A stretch of DNA of 62,288 nt from Spirochaetia bacterium. Its GTDB lineage: Bacteria; Spirochaetota; Spirochaetia; CADAEX01. This document shows positions 46,007-56,670 of this stretch, piece after piece. The stretch spans positions 1 through 62,288 of the forward strand of contig JAFXTY010000029.1 in assembly GCA_017535435.1 (NCBI GenBank), given 5' to 3'. The notes under the pieces are model-generated. The model saw only the letters and a program-made list of their open reading frames with translations. It was not told where the DNA came from and ran no database searches. Within the stretch, counting starts at the first letter, position 1; each line of letters starts with the position of its first letter. The translations under genes and the position numbers were made by a program.

Positions 46007-47057
46007 TGGATCTGCTGAAAACTCTGTCTCCCAGATAGATTCCTGCCCACTCCCAGTTACCATGGATTTCTGGGTTTGCAGGGAAGTTTATTTTTCTGAA
46101 ATAAAAATACCAGGTGTTCATTCTGAAGTCCCAGCCCGATGTCTTAAGATATGCCTCCTGGGCATTGGAAATCTTGTCCAGTTCCTTATTTATACGGATG
46201 TTGCTGTTGATGAGACTTCCGATATTGTTCATTGCCAGAGATTCCTGGCTTGCCTCCTGTTCCTCCCAGGAAGACATGAAGAATTTCACCTTGGAGGTGT
46301 GTTTGTTTATCTCCGATGACCGCCCAGTCTTCAAGGCTGCCGAAACTTTCTTTATAAGCTCGTCCAGACTGGCATAGCTCCAGGTGACCCTTGTGTTATA
46401 GTAGGCCTCAAAGTCGGTGGCATATTCACGGGCCGAGGAGTTTCCTGGTACAGTAGCCTCGGGGTAGCTTAAGAACTTCTTGTAGGATTGAGCTGCCAGA
46501 TCCCACTGTCCCGCCTGCCCATAGCAGTCCCCAAGATAGAAGTAGATTTCCCCCTGGTTGATTTTATCTGAGAACCGGTTGATCAGTTCCTTGTAGCATT
46601 CTATTTTCTCTTCCAAGTTCTGGCTGCTTTTCAGAATCTCCTTCAGACAAAGGAAATGGATAGATTGTCCCTGGTAGGTGACATCAGTGTAGCTGTGGAG
46701 AATGCGGCTGAAATAATAATGTGCGAAGGGGGCTGCATCCTGTTGTTTATACCGTCCTGCAACAGTAAAAAGATAGTAGGCGTTGAAGGGATCTGCAGGG
46801 TGATTATCCACATAGTCGGTCAGGAAAACAGAAAGAAGTTCGGGATCTTCCTTTTTGTCCAGGAAATTATAAATCTGCATCATGCGGATATAATTTTTCT
46901 CATAATCGGTGCTTGTCTCCAGGGAGGAGGAAAGAGCCTCAAACTCACCTCTCTGGACCTTGTCCATACCGGCTGTGTACATATCTTTGCTGCATGCTGT
47001 GAGCATCAGCAGTATAAGGGAGAGAAAAAGCAATGTGATATGGGCATACTTTTTCAT
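45999..47057 (-). CDS. TPR-repeat lipoprotein
   Basis: Lipobox LTAC; TPR motif YFYLGDCYGQAGQWDLAAQSYKKF. Confidence 0.8.
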   Translation of the reverse strand: MKKYAHITLLFLSLILLMLTACSKDMYTAGMDKVQRGEFEALSSSLETSTDYEKNYIRMMQIYNFLDKKEDPELLSVFLTDYVDNHPADPFNAYYLFTVAGRYKQQDAAPFAHYYFSRILHSYTDVTYQGQSIHFLCLKEILKSSQNLEEKIECYKELINRFSDKINQGEIYFYLGDCYGQAGQWDLAAQSYKKFLSYPEATVPGNSSAREYATDFEAYYNTRVTWSYASLDELIKKVSAALKTGRSSEINKHTSKVKFFMSSWEEQEASQESLAMNNIGSLINSNIRINKELDKISNAQEAYLKTSGWDFRMNTWYFYFRKINFPANPEIHGNWEWAGIYLGDRVFSRSNE

Positions 47058-47141
47058 ATTCAGTGAAATATATCATACTATTTTTGAGTTGGCAAGAAAA
47101 GAGCAATATGTTATTATATTCACATTAAAAAGGAGTTCCCT

Positions 47142-48350
47142 ATGGGCACAAAGATTTCAATGCAGAATGGACAGTTCATTGTTCCGGATAATCCCATTAT
47201 TCCATATATCGAGGGGGATGGCACAGGGCCGGATATAACACGGACAGCTCTCCCTGTCATAGACGAGGCAGTGCGCCTTGCCTACGATGGCAAGCGTAAG
47301 ATTGAATGGAAAGAAGTGCTTGCAGGGGAGAAGGCCTTCAACAAGGTTGGCGACTGGCTGCCTGCCGAGACATTGGCTGCGTTCCAGGAGTTCAGGGTGG
47401 GGCTGAAAGGGCCTCTGACCACCCCGGTGGGTGGCGGCCGGCGGAGTCTGAATGTGGCACTCCGGCAGAAGCTCGACCTCTACGTTTGTCTGCGCCCTGT
47501 AAAATACTTCGAGGGAGTTCCTTCCCCGGTGAAGAACCCACAGCTTGTGGATATGGTTGTGTTCAGAGAGAACACCGAGGATGTATATGCAGGTTACGAA
47601 ACACCTGCCGGAGATGCCAAGACCGAGAAGCTGGCCGCCTTCCTCAAGGCAGAGTTCGGCTGGGACATCCACCCGGAGTCAGGCATCGGCATAAAGCCGG
47701 TAAGCAAAGAGCGGACTGAGCGGCTGGTACGGGCTGCTATTGAATATGCAATTGCAAATAACCGGAAATATATAACCCTGGTGCACAAGGGCAACATAAT
47801 GAAGTACACCGAAGGGGCATTCCGCAACTGGGGCTATGAACTGGCAAAGCGTGAGTACCCCGGCAAGATTATGACAGCCGAGGAGGCAGGTGCAAACCCA
47901 CCAGCCGGGACAATCATAATCAAGGACTGCATTGCCGATGCCTTCCTTCAGCAGATTCTGACCCGCCCAGCCGACCATGATGTCATAGCCACCCTGAACC
48001 TGAACGGCGACTATATGTCGGATGCCCTGGCAGCCCAGGTGGGTGGCATCGGAATTGCTCCGGGAGCCAACATAAACTACAAGGAGATGGTAGGCGTGTT
48101 CGAGGCCACCCACGGGACTGCGCCCAAGTATGCCAACCTGGATATGGTGAACCCTTGTTCCATGATCCTCTCGGCCGGCATGATGCTGGAGTTCATGGGC
48201 TGGAAGGAGGCAGGAAAGCTGCTTGAGACCGGTATTGCCAAGACTATCAGGTCAAAGAAGGTGACCTATGACTTTGCCCGCCTTATGGAAGGGGCCGAGA
48301 AGGTTTCCACCAGCACCTTCGGAAAATACATAATAGAAAATATGAAGTGA
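47142..48350 (+). CDS. icd: NADP-dependent isocitrate dehydrogenase
   Basis: [44 protein letters not shown] and [10 protein letters not shown]. Confidence 0.96.
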   Translation: MGTKISMQNGQFIVPDNPIIPYIEGDGTGPDITRTALPVIDEAVRLAYDGKRKIEWKEVLAGEKAFNKVGDWLPAETLAAFQEFRVGLKGPLTTPVGGGRRSLNVALRQKLDLYVCLRPVKYFEGVPSPVKNPQLVDMVVFRENTEDVYAGYETPAGDAKTEKLAAFLKAEFGWDIHPESGIGIKPVSKERTERLVRAAIEYAIANNRKYITLVHKGNIMKYTEGAFRNWGYELAKREYPGKIMTAEEAGANPPAGTIIIKDCIADAFLQQILTRPADHDVIATLNLNGDYMSDALAAQVGGIGIAPGANINYKEMVGVFEATHGTAPKYANLDMVNPCSMILSAGMMLEFMGWKEAGKLLETGIAKTIRSKKVTYDFARLMEGAEKVSTSTFGKYIIENMK

Positions 48351-48374
48351 CGGCGCTGATCTGTAATTGAAAAT

Positions 48375-48406
48375 AAAAAAGGCAATCCAAGAAGGATTGC
48401 CTTTTT
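48375..48406. terminator. Bidirectional intrinsic terminator between icd and the tRNA cluster
   Basis: AAAAAA-GGCAATCC-aagaa-GGATTGCC-TTTTT. Confidence 0.85.
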
Positions 48407-48409
48407 GTT

Positions 48410-48482
48410 TGAGCCGCAAAGGGATCGAACCTTTGACCCGCAGATTAAGAGTCTGCTGCTCTACCAGCTGAGCTAGCGGCCC
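48410..48482 (-). tRNA. tRNA-Lys(CUU)
   Basis: Reverse complement GGGCCGCTAGCTCAG...GCAGA-CTCTTAA-TCTGC...GGTTCGATCC. Confidence 0.95.
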
Positions 48483-48493
48483 ATATTATTTTT

Positions 48494-48567
48494 TACACCC
48501 GACAGGGATCGAACCTGCAACCTGCGGATTCGAAGTCCGACGCTCTATCCAATTGAGCTACGGGTGC
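48494..48567 (-). tRNA. tRNA-Arg(UCG)
   Basis: Reverse complement GCACCCGTAGCTCAATTGGATAGAGC...CTTCGAA...GGTTCGATCC. Confidence 0.95.
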
Positions 48568-48576
48568 TTCTTTTTG

Positions 48577-48649
48577 GGTGGGTAGTGGGGTTCGAACCCA
48601 CGACAACCGGATCCACAATCCGGTGCTCTACCGCTGAACTATACCCACC
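48577..48649 (-). tRNA. tRNA-His(GUG)
   Basis: G-1/C73 pair; CCGGA-TTGTGGA-TCCGG anticodon arm; GGTTCGAACC. Confidence 0.95.
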
Positions 48650-48766
48650 ATGCCCACCATGTAAAAGATAATATGACAAAAAAAAAGGCTTTTTGTCAAC
48701 ATCCCTTTGCAAGAAAAGACTGGAAATTCTGAAAAAAACGTGGTATAATCATTACTTCGTAAGGAG

Positions 48767-49540
48767 TTGGTGGTGATAGAGGGAAACAGCTATATTACAG
48801 CCGTAAAGCCGGTGTATCAGGGTGGTAAGCTGCCTTTTTTAAAGAAATTCTTTTTCTATAAGGAATTCATAAAGAAACTGTTCCGGACCCGTAAAGCAGT
48901 AATCCAGGGGCAGGGGATAACGCCTATTATACAGGGGAGCGACTTTGTGATCCAGCTGTGCGAAGCAGTAGGGGGCCGAATTGAAATAACAGGCCTTGAC
49001 AACATCCGTTCTGTTTCCGGCGGCGTTGTTATTGCCGCAAACCATCAGAGCACTCTGGAGACCCTGCTTTTCCCGACCATCATGGATGGTCTTAAACCTG
49101 TCACCTTTGTGGTCAAGAAAAGTCTTGTTACAGGCTGGGCTTTCGGCCCTATAATGAGGCTCTTTAACCCTATAGCCTTGGAAAGAAGAGAACCCAAGGT
49201 GGATCTGGACAAAGTTATGAAGGATGGAACTGCTGCTCTGCAGGAAGGAAAATCGGTAGTGCTTTTCCCCCAGGGGACCCGGTGCAAAGGCTTTGATCCG
49301 GCCACCTTCAACTCTCTGGCTGTAAAGCTGGCAAAAAGGGCTGGTGTTCCTGTAGTTCCCTGTGCTGTCAAAACTGACTTCTGGGAGAATGGAAAGATCT
49401 TAAGCACTATCGGCGACATCTACCCGGGACGCACTATCCACATGGCCTTCGGTCCCGCTATCACCATAGACGGGGCAGGCAAAAAAGAACAGCGGCAGCT
49501 TCTGGAATTCATAGATGAAACCTACAGAGGAATGGCGTAA
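48767..49540 (+). CDS. plsC: 1-acyl-sn-glycerol-3-phosphate acyltransferase
   Basis: ANHQSTLE (HX4D variant), FVVKKSL and LFPQGTR. Confidence 0.85.
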   Translation: MVVIEGNSYITAVKPVYQGGKLPFLKKFFFYKEFIKKLFRTRKAVIQGQGITPIIQGSDFVIQLCEAVGGRIEITGLDNIRSVSGGVVIAANHQSTLETLLFPTIMDGLKPVTFVVKKSLVTGWAFGPIMRLFNPIALERREPKVDLDKVMKDGTAALQEGKSVVLFPQGTRCKGFDPATFNSLAVKLAKRAGVPVVPCAVKTDFWENGKILSTIGDIYPGRTIHMAFGPAITIDGAGKKEQRQLLEFIDETYRGMA

Positions 49541-51368
49541 GCTTGTCTTTGACTTAAGCGATCAGGCTTTCTTTGACTTGGTCCGCAACTATCTGGGGGA
49601 TATCCATACCCCTTTCAACAAGCATAATCTCTTGGATCAGCTTGAAGCTTTTCTCCTGAACGGGTCGAACCTGAATCAGATTATCTCCATGATTGACAGT
49701 TCTGATGCTGCACTGCTTTCTGCAATAGATTTTCTCGGAAAGGCCAGCATAGAACAGCTGTATGCACTTTTCAGGGATGAAAAGCCTTACTACAGTTTCT
49801 ATACCCATCTTATGAATTTGGAGGAACGGATGCTTATCTGTCCGGCAGGTGGGAAAGGCAATGACCAGGCTGTTGTCATTTCCCCTCTGTTCCGCGATGA
49901 ACTCGAAAAACAGGTGATAGATATTGACCTGTTTCTTGGCTGCAGAAAAGCTCCGGTTAAGAAAAAATCCCAATACTCCTGGTACGATGTCCCGGTGATT
50001 TCTGCATATGTATCCGGCATTCTGACAAAAAAAGGAAAGTCTATAGTTCCGGAATATGGGGACATACTGAAAAATATCCTGTTACGCTATTCAATGCTGC
50101 ATCAGACAGGCCGTCATCTTATTCCGGCCAGGGGGGCTTTCGATGATCTTTTTGCCCTTGAAAACCAGCAGGTCAGCCAATTCTTTGTCCATGCTTATCT
50201 GTTGGACAATCCACTGGTGGCCATTATTTATGCGAATATGCGTGCCGACCGTTCATACCCTGACCGAGCCTTTGCCCGACTGGTGAAATGCTCTGCATAT
50301 CTGGCCGGTCTTGAAGCAGGGGAGATTCAGGCCTATAAAGAAGACCTGATTAAGGCAGAACTTGCAGCAGAAGACAGTACAGGATTAAGAAAGCTGACCT
50401 CCCTTCAAGGAACAGATGAAGGGAAGATAGTGGTGCAGCCCGATTTTTCTCTTTATTCCCAAGGAGTTCTGAGCCTTGAAGAGAATATGACCCTTGCATT
50501 CTATTCTGAAATCAAGGAACTGGATGTGATTAGCCGCTGGGAGGTTACCCGTGAAAGCTTTATGCGGGGTATCCGCTCTGGAATCGGTGCCGGCAGCTTT
50601 ATCAGACTGCTTGAGGAAAAGTCTGGTTCCCCGTTGCCGCAGAACATTCTGTTCTCTTTCAAAAGCTGGGAGGAGGAGTGTCAAGGAATTTCTGTCTACC
50701 GTGGTTGTGTGATCAAGGTTGACGGGCGCTTCTCCAAGCTTCTGGACAGCAACAGTCATTTTAAAAGATATATCAAGGAAAAACTTTCGGATGGCCTTTA
50801 TCTTATTGCTGACGAGGATTTCCCCGAAGCCATGAAGGTGGTGGAGGGTGTTTCGGGACAAAGCCTTGATCTGCCGCCGGAGAAAACAAGCCCTGGTGTA
50901 CTGGTTACCGAAGAGGACAACAGTGGCTTAAAACGATTTCAGAACTATGTAAAGCCTGCTGCAAAGGCAAAAAAACATAATATTTCGGTCAAGCTTCTGA
51001 AGAAGATAGAAACCCTGGATATAACACAGGAACAGAAGGAGATACTGTCCGACAGGGTTCATAGAAAACTGATCTTGTCGGAGCAGCAGCTTGCGGGCAG
51101 TGGTGTCAGGTATGAGCTTATGGAGGCCAGGGGAATTGATTACAACAGGAAGGTCCGGCTGTGCCAGCATGTGATGGAAACGGGGGGTGCATTCCTTGAA
51201 CTGACTCTGGGAGCAGAGGAGACACTCCTTATAAAACCTATTCAGCTTAAGAAATCTGGAAACGATATGCTGGTGATTGGAGACGAGATTCCCGATGGGG
51301 CTCTGGTGCAGGTTCCCCTTCGCAAGGTGCATTATATGCGGAAGGTCCGCACATCCCTTATGGGTTGA
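49515..51368 (+). CDS. Helicase-associated (XPB-associated, Helicase_C_3-like) domain protein
   Basis: VVQPDFSL...WEVTRESF.RG...L...SGSPLPQNI.F....WE motif. Confidence 0.68.
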   Translation: MKPTEEWRKLVFDLSDQAFFDLVRNYLGDIHTPFNKHNLLDQLEAFLLNGSNLNQIISMIDSSDAALLSAIDFLGKASIEQLYALFRDEKPYYSFYTHLMNLEERMLICPAGGKGNDQAVVISPLFRDELEKQVIDIDLFLGCRKAPVKKKSQYSWYDVPVISAYVSGILTKKGKSIVPEYGDILKNILLRYSMLHQTGRHLIPARGAFDDLFALENQQVSQFFVHAYLLDNPLVAIIYANMRADRSYPDRAFARLVKCSAYLAGLEAGEIQAYKEDLIKAELAAEDSTGLRKLTSLQGTDEGKIVVQPDFSLYSQGVLSLEENMTLAFYSEIKELDVISRWEVTRESFMRGIRSGIGAGSFIRLLEEKSGSPLPQNILFSFKSWEEECQGISVYRGCVIKVDGRFSKLLDSNSHFKRYIKEKLSDGLYLIADEDFPEAMKVVEGVSGQSLDLPPEKTSPGVLVTEEDNSGLKRFQNYVKPAAKAKKHNISVKLLKKIETLDITQEQKEILSDRVHRKLILSEQQLAGSGVRYELMEARGIDYNRKVRLCQHVMETGGAFLELTLGAEETLLIKPIQLKKSGNDMLVIGDEIPDGALVQVPLRKVHYMRKVRTSLMG

Positions 51369-51428
51369 CACTCAACTTCAATTTTTTTAGTATTTCATAT
51401 TGACTATTTCTTTAGAAAAAGTTATAAA

Positions 51429-51509
51429 GCGAGAGTGGTGAAACTGGCAGACACGCCAGACTTAGGATCTGGTGCCTCAGGCATAAGGGTTCGAGTCCCT
51501 TCTCTCGCA
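51429..51509 (+). tRNA. tRNA-Leu(UAG)
   Basis: CCAGA-CTTAGGA-TCTGG, long variable arm, GGTTCGAGTCC. Confidence 0.95.
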
Positions 51510-51526
51510 AGAGAAGGATGCCGTAT

Positions 51527-51598
51527 GCGGGAGTAGCTCAGTGGTAGAGCGCCACCTTGCCAAGGTGGATGTCGCGGGTCCAACTCCCGTCTCCCGCT
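51527..51598 (+). tRNA. tRNA-Gly(GCC), atypical T-loop
   Basis: CCACC-TTGCCAA-GGTGG anticodon arm; U73; T-loop TCCAACT instead of TTCRANY. Confidence 0.9.
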
Positions 51599-51601
51599 CT
51601 T

Positions 51602-51631
51602 AAAGCAGCTTGAAAAAGCTGCTTTTTTTTT
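51602..51631 (+). terminator. Intrinsic terminator after the tRNA-Leu/Gly pair
   Basis: AAAGCAGCTT-GAAA-AAGCTGCTTT followed by a T-run. Confidence 0.85.
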
Positions 51632-51737
51632 GTCCTGAAACACCATAATTTTTCATCTCTGTGGGGATATACAAAATTTAAAATTTTATATATATTTTTA
51701 TAATACTTATATAATTTCAAACTAAAAGAGGACAAAA

Positions 51738-53099
51738 GTGGTAGCAAGCAAAGAAATCAAATGTCTTGAGAAGTCAAGAGTCGAGCTTTCTGTAAAGGTT
51801 GACAAGGAATTTGTAAAGAAGGAGTACGACGAGCTTCTGGCCAAGTATTCCAAGACAGCACATATCAAGGGTTTCAGACCAGGCAAGGTTCCTGCATCTG
51901 TCTTAGAGCGGAAGTTCGGAGATTCACTGGTCAACGAAGCTGGTTTCAATGTGATAGAGAAGAGCCTTCAGGAGGCACTGCTGGATGTGGAGAAGAAGCC
52001 TCTTCCATATGTTACTCCGGCCCTTAAGGACGAGGAGAATCTGAAACTGGCCTTGGACAAGGATATCGAATTCACTGTTGAGTACGACACATTCCCGGAT
52101 GTGGAGCTTGGGAATTACAAAGGAATCGAGATTGAGGTTCCAAATGTGGTGATCAAGGATTCTGATATCGACCGGGAGCTGGACAAGTATCGGGAACAGA
52201 ACGCAATTGTAACCGAGAAGAAGGGAGCAAACGGCAAGGTTGCCAAGGACAATGTCATCACCATCAACTATGTGGAGGTGGATGCAGAGGATAAGGAAGT
52301 TACCGGAACCAAGCGGGACGATTTCACATTCACAGTAGGCACCGGCTATAACTACTACAAGCTGGATGATGATGTCATCGGCATGAAGAAAGAGGAAGAG
52401 AAGATCATCGAGAAGGAGTATGCTCCTGATTTCGAATATAAGGATCTTGCAGGCCGCAAGGTGCGAATCAAGGTCAAGGTTACCAGCATCAAGAAGAAGG
52501 AGCTGCCGGAAATTACCGACGAGCTGGCTCAGGATATCAACGAGAAGTTCAAGACCAAGGAAGACCTTATTGAGGATGTCAAGAAGCGTCTTAACGGCGT
52601 TACCGACATGAAGCTTAATGATGACAAGAAGAGAGCTATCATGGAGAAGATCATCGAGAGCACCAAGGTTGATCCGCCACAGGCAATGATCGACAACCAG
52701 ATCAACACAATGTGGACCAACTTCATCTACCGGTTCGGCGGCGACGAGAAACAGGTGGAGAAGATGCTGGCCATGGAGGGCAAGACTAAGGACGATCTGG
52801 CAAAGGACTGGGAAGGCGAAGCTCTCCGGGCAGTTAAGAGTCAGATCATCATCGCTCAGATCAGCAAGGCAGAGAAGATTGATGCCACCGATGAGGATAT
52901 CGAGGAAGAAATCAAGACCGAAGCTGGCAGAAGCGGTATGAAGATTGAGGAATTCAAGGAGTATGTCAAAGAGAACAACATGAATGAATATTTCAAGATT
53001 GGTATCATTGACAGAAAGACCTATGACTTCCTGATTAAAAATGCAAAAATCAAGAAGGGTGCAGATATCAAATATCTTGACTTCCTTCATAAGGCATGA
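51738..53099 (+). CDS. tig: Trigger factor
   Basis: IKGFRPGKVP, FKPBP-like (FKBP) central domain; located before clpP-clpX. Confidence 0.95.
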   Translation: MVASKEIKCLEKSRVELSVKVDKEFVKKEYDELLAKYSKTAHIKGFRPGKVPASVLERKFGDSLVNEAGFNVIEKSLQEALLDVEKKPLPYVTPALKDEENLKLALDKDIEFTVEYDTFPDVELGNYKGIEIEVPNVVIKDSDIDRELDKYREQNAIVTEKKGANGKVAKDNVITINYVEVDAEDKEVTGTKRDDFTFTVGTGYNYYKLDDDVIGMKKEEEKIIEKEYAPDFEYKDLAGRKVRIKVKVTSIKKKELPEITDELAQDINEKFKTKEDLIEDVKKRLNGVTDMKLNDDKKRAIMEKIIESTKVDPPQAMIDNQINTMWTNFIYRFGGDEKQVEKMLAMEGKTKDDLAKDWEGEALRAVKSQIIIAQISKAEKIDATDEDIEEEIKTEAGRSGMKIEEFKEYVKENNMNEYFKIGIIDRKTYDFLIKNAKIKKGADIKYLDFLHKA

Positions 53100-53109
53100 T
53101 TGACAGAGT

Positions 53110-53706
53110 ATGACAGAAAAAGACAACACACTGGTTCCTATCGTTATTGAAAAGACAGGGAACGGCGAGCGTTCATATGATATTTACTCCCGGCTTTTAA
53201 AGGACCGCATTGTGTTCCTGGACGGGGAGATAAACGATCTTACTGCCGACCTGGTGGTGGCTCAGCTCCTCTTTTTGGAATCCCAGGATCCGGAGCGGGA
53301 CATAAGTCTCTATATCAATTCGCCTGGTGGCATTGTAACTGCCGGGCTTGCCATCTATGACACCATAAAGTACATCAAACCCGATGTGCAGACCATCTGC
53401 ATAGGACAGGCCGCCTCCATGGCTGCTGTAATTCTGGCAGGGGGCGCCAAGGGCAAGCGTTTTGCCCTGCCTTCGGGACGAGTGATGATGCACCAACCTT
53501 GGGGCGGTGCCGAGGGGCAGGCTAAGGATATCAACATCCAGGCCAGAGAGATTCTGCGGCTCAAGAAGATGCTTACAGAGTATATTGCCAAGGATACAGG
53601 CAAGAGCTTTGAAGCTGTGGCGGCGGACCTTGAGCGGGACAATTTTATGTCTGCAGCTGAAGCCCGGGATTATGGTGTCGTTGACAAGGTGATGAGCAGG
53701 GCCTGA
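53110..53706 (+). CDS. clpP: ATP-dependent Clp protease proteolytic subunit
   Basis: [29 protein letters not shown] and ERDNFMSA. Confidence 0.97.
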   Translation: MTEKDNTLVPIVIEKTGNGERSYDIYSRLLKDRIVFLDGEINDLTADLVVAQLLFLESQDPERDISLYINSPGGIVTAGLAIYDTIKYIKPDVQTICIGQAASMAAVILAGGAKGKRFALPSGRVMMHQPWGGAEGQAKDINIQAREILRLKKMLTEYIAKDTGKSFEAVAADLERDNFMSAAEARDYGVVDKVMSRA

Positions 53707-53709
53707 AAG

Positions 53710-54957
53710 ATGGGAAAGGATAAGCATAACTACTGCAGCTTCTGCGGCATGTCAGAAGAGCTGGTGGGAAACCTGATTCCCGGTGTGGCAGGTTATATCT
53801 GCGAGAACTGTGTCGATATATGCGCCGGCATCTTCGAGAATGCCCACAATAACAAGAACGGCAAGAAAGAGAGCACCTTCAACCCTCAGCTGGATGCTAC
53901 CCCAGAGGAGCTCAAGGCCTTCCTGGATGACTATGTCATAGGTCAGGACCAGGCCAAGAAAGTGCTTTCTGTTGCAGTCTACAACCACTATAAGCGCATT
54001 TTTGAGAAGGACAAGGTGGAAGAGGGAGTTGAACTGGACAAGTCCAACGTTCTTATGATAGGTCCCACCGGAACAGGAAAGACACTGCTTGCCAAAAGCC
54101 TTGCCAAGAAGTTGAATGTTCCTTTTGCAATCGCAGATGCCACCACTCTTACCGAGGCTGGCTATGTGGGAGAGGATGTAGAGAATATCCTCCTGAAGCT
54201 TATCCAGGCTGCAGGGGATGATGTAGCTGCTGCCGAGAAAGGAATTATCTATATCGACGAAATCGACAAGATATCCAAGAAAGGGGAGAATGTCTCCATA
54301 ACCAGGGATGTGTCGGGCGAAGGTGTACAGCAGGCTCTGCTCAAGATTATCGAGGGAACCCAGGCTTCAGTGCCACCTCAGGGTGGACGGAAGCACCCTA
54401 ATCAGGAGCTTATCAAAATCAATACAGAAAATATTCTGTTTATATGCGGCGGTGCCTTTGTAGGTTTGGACAAAATCATAGAGGCCCGGGTGGCGCAGCA
54501 TCCTATGGGATTTGGTGCCGATGTACGCCAGAGCGGCGAGAAAAACCTGGAGGATCTCTATGCCCAGATTCAGCCTGATGACCTGGTGAAGTTCGGGCTT
54601 ATTCCTGAGCTTATAGGACGACTGCCCATCACAGTCACTTTGAACAATCTGACTAAAGAGGACATAAAGAGGATTATCACTGAGCCTAAGAATGCCATTA
54701 TCAGACAGTATGTGGCTATGCTTAAACTGGATGATGCAGAGCTGGAGTTTACCGATGGTGCTCTTGATGCAGTGGCTGATCAGGCAATAAAGCATAAGAC
54801 TGGTGCCCGTGGAATCCGTGCCATTGTGGAGGGCTTCATGACTGATGTCATGTATCGGCTCCCTTCTATCAAGGGGCATAAGAAAGTAATTATTTCTGAA
54901 GAAGTAGTCAATGGTGCCAAGGAGCCGGAAATAATCATAGGGCAGAAATCTGCTTGA
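53710..54957 (+). CDS. clpX: Clp protease ATP-binding subunit ClpX
   Basis: C4 Zn finger, [29 protein letters not shown]. Confidence 0.97.
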   Translation: MGKDKHNYCSFCGMSEELVGNLIPGVAGYICENCVDICAGIFENAHNNKNGKKESTFNPQLDATPEELKAFLDDYVIGQDQAKKVLSVAVYNHYKRIFEKDKVEEGVELDKSNVLMIGPTGTGKTLLAKSLAKKLNVPFAIADATTLTEAGYVGEDVENILLKLIQAAGDDVAAAEKGIIYIDEIDKISKKGENVSITRDVSGEGVQQALLKIIEGTQASVPPQGGRKHPNQELIKINTENILFICGGAFVGLDKIIEARVAQHPMGFGADVRQSGEKNLEDLYAQIQPDDLVKFGLIPELIGRLPITVTLNNLTKEDIKRIITEPKNAIIRQYVAMLKLDDAELEFTDGALDAVADQAIKHKTGARGIRAIVEGFMTDVMYRLPSIKGHKKVIISEEVVNGAKEPEIIIGQKSA

Positions 54958-54970
54958 AGCGAGGTACAGT

Positions 54971-55915
54971 ATGAATTTATGCGGTAGATCCCTTATTTCT
55001 CTTAAGGATTTCACACCAGATGAGATCCGCTATTTTCTTGATGTGGCCCAAAAGGCCAAGGATGAACACCACAGAGGAATCCGCAAACAGCGTTTTCTTG
55101 GGATGACTATTGCACTTCTTTTTGAGAAGCGTTCCACCCGAACCCGCTGTTCCTTTGAGACTGCATTCGGCGAGGAGGGAGGCCATCCGGTGTTCCTTTC
55201 CAGCGCTGATATTCAGCTTGGGGTTAAGGAGACTGTAGAGGACACAGCCCATGTTCTGGGCCGTATGTTTGACTGCATCGAGTTCCGCGGCTTCAAGACC
55301 CGGCATGTGGAAATTCTTTCTGAAGTTTCCGGAATTCCTGTTATAAATGGACTTTCAGACGATTTCCATCCTACCCAGGTGCTGGCCGACCTTATGACGC
55401 TTGAAGAGCACTTCGGTTCACTCAAGGGCAGAAAGCTTGCTTTTGTCGGTGATGGCCGGAACAATATGGCAAACTCCCTTATGATAGGCTGTGCCAAGAT
55501 GGGGGTGAATGTGGCTATAGTAGCACCGGATGAACTCCACCCTGAGAGTGAGCTGGTCAAACTGGCAGAAGGCTTTGCCAAGGAGGCTGGTTCCACAGTG
55601 CTTATCACTTCTGATGTAGAGGATGGAATAAAGGGCGCTGATGTAATCTATACCGATGTATGGGCATCTATGGGTGAGGAGGCCAAACTGGCAGAGCGCA
55701 TCAAATTGCTCAAGCCATATCAGGTTAATTCTGAACTTATGGCCAAGACTGGAAAGGAAAGTGTCTTTATGCACTGTCTTCCAGCTGTGCGCAACAACGA
55801 GGTTACTCCCGATGTTATTGACGGAAAACAGTCTGTAGTGTGGGACGAAGCCGAGAACCGCAAGTGGACTATCAAGGCTGTTATGCTTTGTCTGCTTGGG
55901 AAAGAAAAAGAGTAA
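54971..55915 (+). CDS. argF: Ornithine carbamoyltransferase
   Basis: STRTR, HPTQVLAD, DVWASMG, FMHCLPA and EAENR. Confidence 0.93.
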   Translation: MNLCGRSLISLKDFTPDEIRYFLDVAQKAKDEHHRGIRKQRFLGMTIALLFEKRSTRTRCSFETAFGEEGGHPVFLSSADIQLGVKETVEDTAHVLGRMFDCIEFRGFKTRHVEILSEVSGIPVINGLSDDFHPTQVLADLMTLEEHFGSLKGRKLAFVGDGRNNMANSLMIGCAKMGVNVAIVAPDELHPESELVKLAEGFAKEAGSTVLITSDVEDGIKGADVIYTDVWASMGEEAKLAERIKLLKPYQVNSELMAKTGKESVFMHCLPAVRNNEVTPDVIDGKQSVVWDEAENRKWTIKAVMLCLLGKEKE

Positions 55916-55962
55916 TAAACAGCTTCGTTCTTATGAGCGTGCTGTTTCCATCTGGACTCGTA

Positions 55963-56556
55963 TTATTTTTTCTTTTCAGGGTGCGCGTTGAAATATTCGT
56001 TCCACTCTGTGAGCTGATCGTCATCGTGGACAACATAAGCTTTCTTTGCACATTCGGCCAGGAAATGGTCTGACCAGGCGTCGCTGTAGAATTCATCGAT
56101 CACATCGGTGCTGAACTGCTTCTTGAAGTTGTCCAGCTTGTACGGGCCTATGGCGAACATTCCGCTTACTATCTTGCCGGTGTGCTTGTCCATGTCGGTG
56201 GCAACCAGGTGCTTGAGTCCCAGCCGTCTCATGGCAGGTTCCATAAGGAATGCAGGGGTGCCGCTGGCCACAATATCCTCGGGATCCTTCACAGCCATAT
56301 ACCAGGGTTTCATATACTTCATCACGGAATCCCAGTAGCCCTCAAGCACCTCATCAATATTCTTGATCTTGCGCAGGAACTTGTAGTGCCCCTGGCGTGC
56401 AGTTGTCTTGTTGATTATCTTGAGACGGAGGAGAATCTCCCACCACCACCAGTTGATGTGATACCAGAAGAATCCCTTCTGATGGAATATATAATCGAAG
56501 AACCGGTCCTCTGAGTCGCCGTTGAACATGGTCTCATCAAAATCGTAAACTTTCAT
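55963..56556 (-). CDS. HAD-family hydrolase (IB-like)
   Basis: Motif I VYDFDETM, motif II ASGTP and FYSDAWSD. Start ATG 56556. Confidence 0.8.
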   Translation of the reverse strand: MKVYDFDETMFNGDSEDRFFDYIFHQKGFFWYHINWWWWEILLRLKIINKTTARQGHYKFLRKIKNIDEVLEGYWDSVMKYMKPWYMAVKDPEDIVASGTPAFLMEPAMRRLGLKHLVATDMDKHTGKIVSGMFAIGPYKLDNFKKQFSTDVIDEFYSDAWSDHFLAECAKKAYVVHDDDQLTEWNEYFNAHPEKKK

Positions 56557-56670
56557 TATATGTGCCCCCGGAGTGAATACTATCATAACTGTTGATATAA
56601 AACAATTATTTTATTAAATCTCTTCTATAAATTACGGTTTTTTTCTATAATGGAAGGACAGGAGATAAAA

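Noticed and set aside
46804-46812. DnaA box TTATCCACA
   Set aside because: Single copy inside a coding sequence; no cluster or dnaA nearby.
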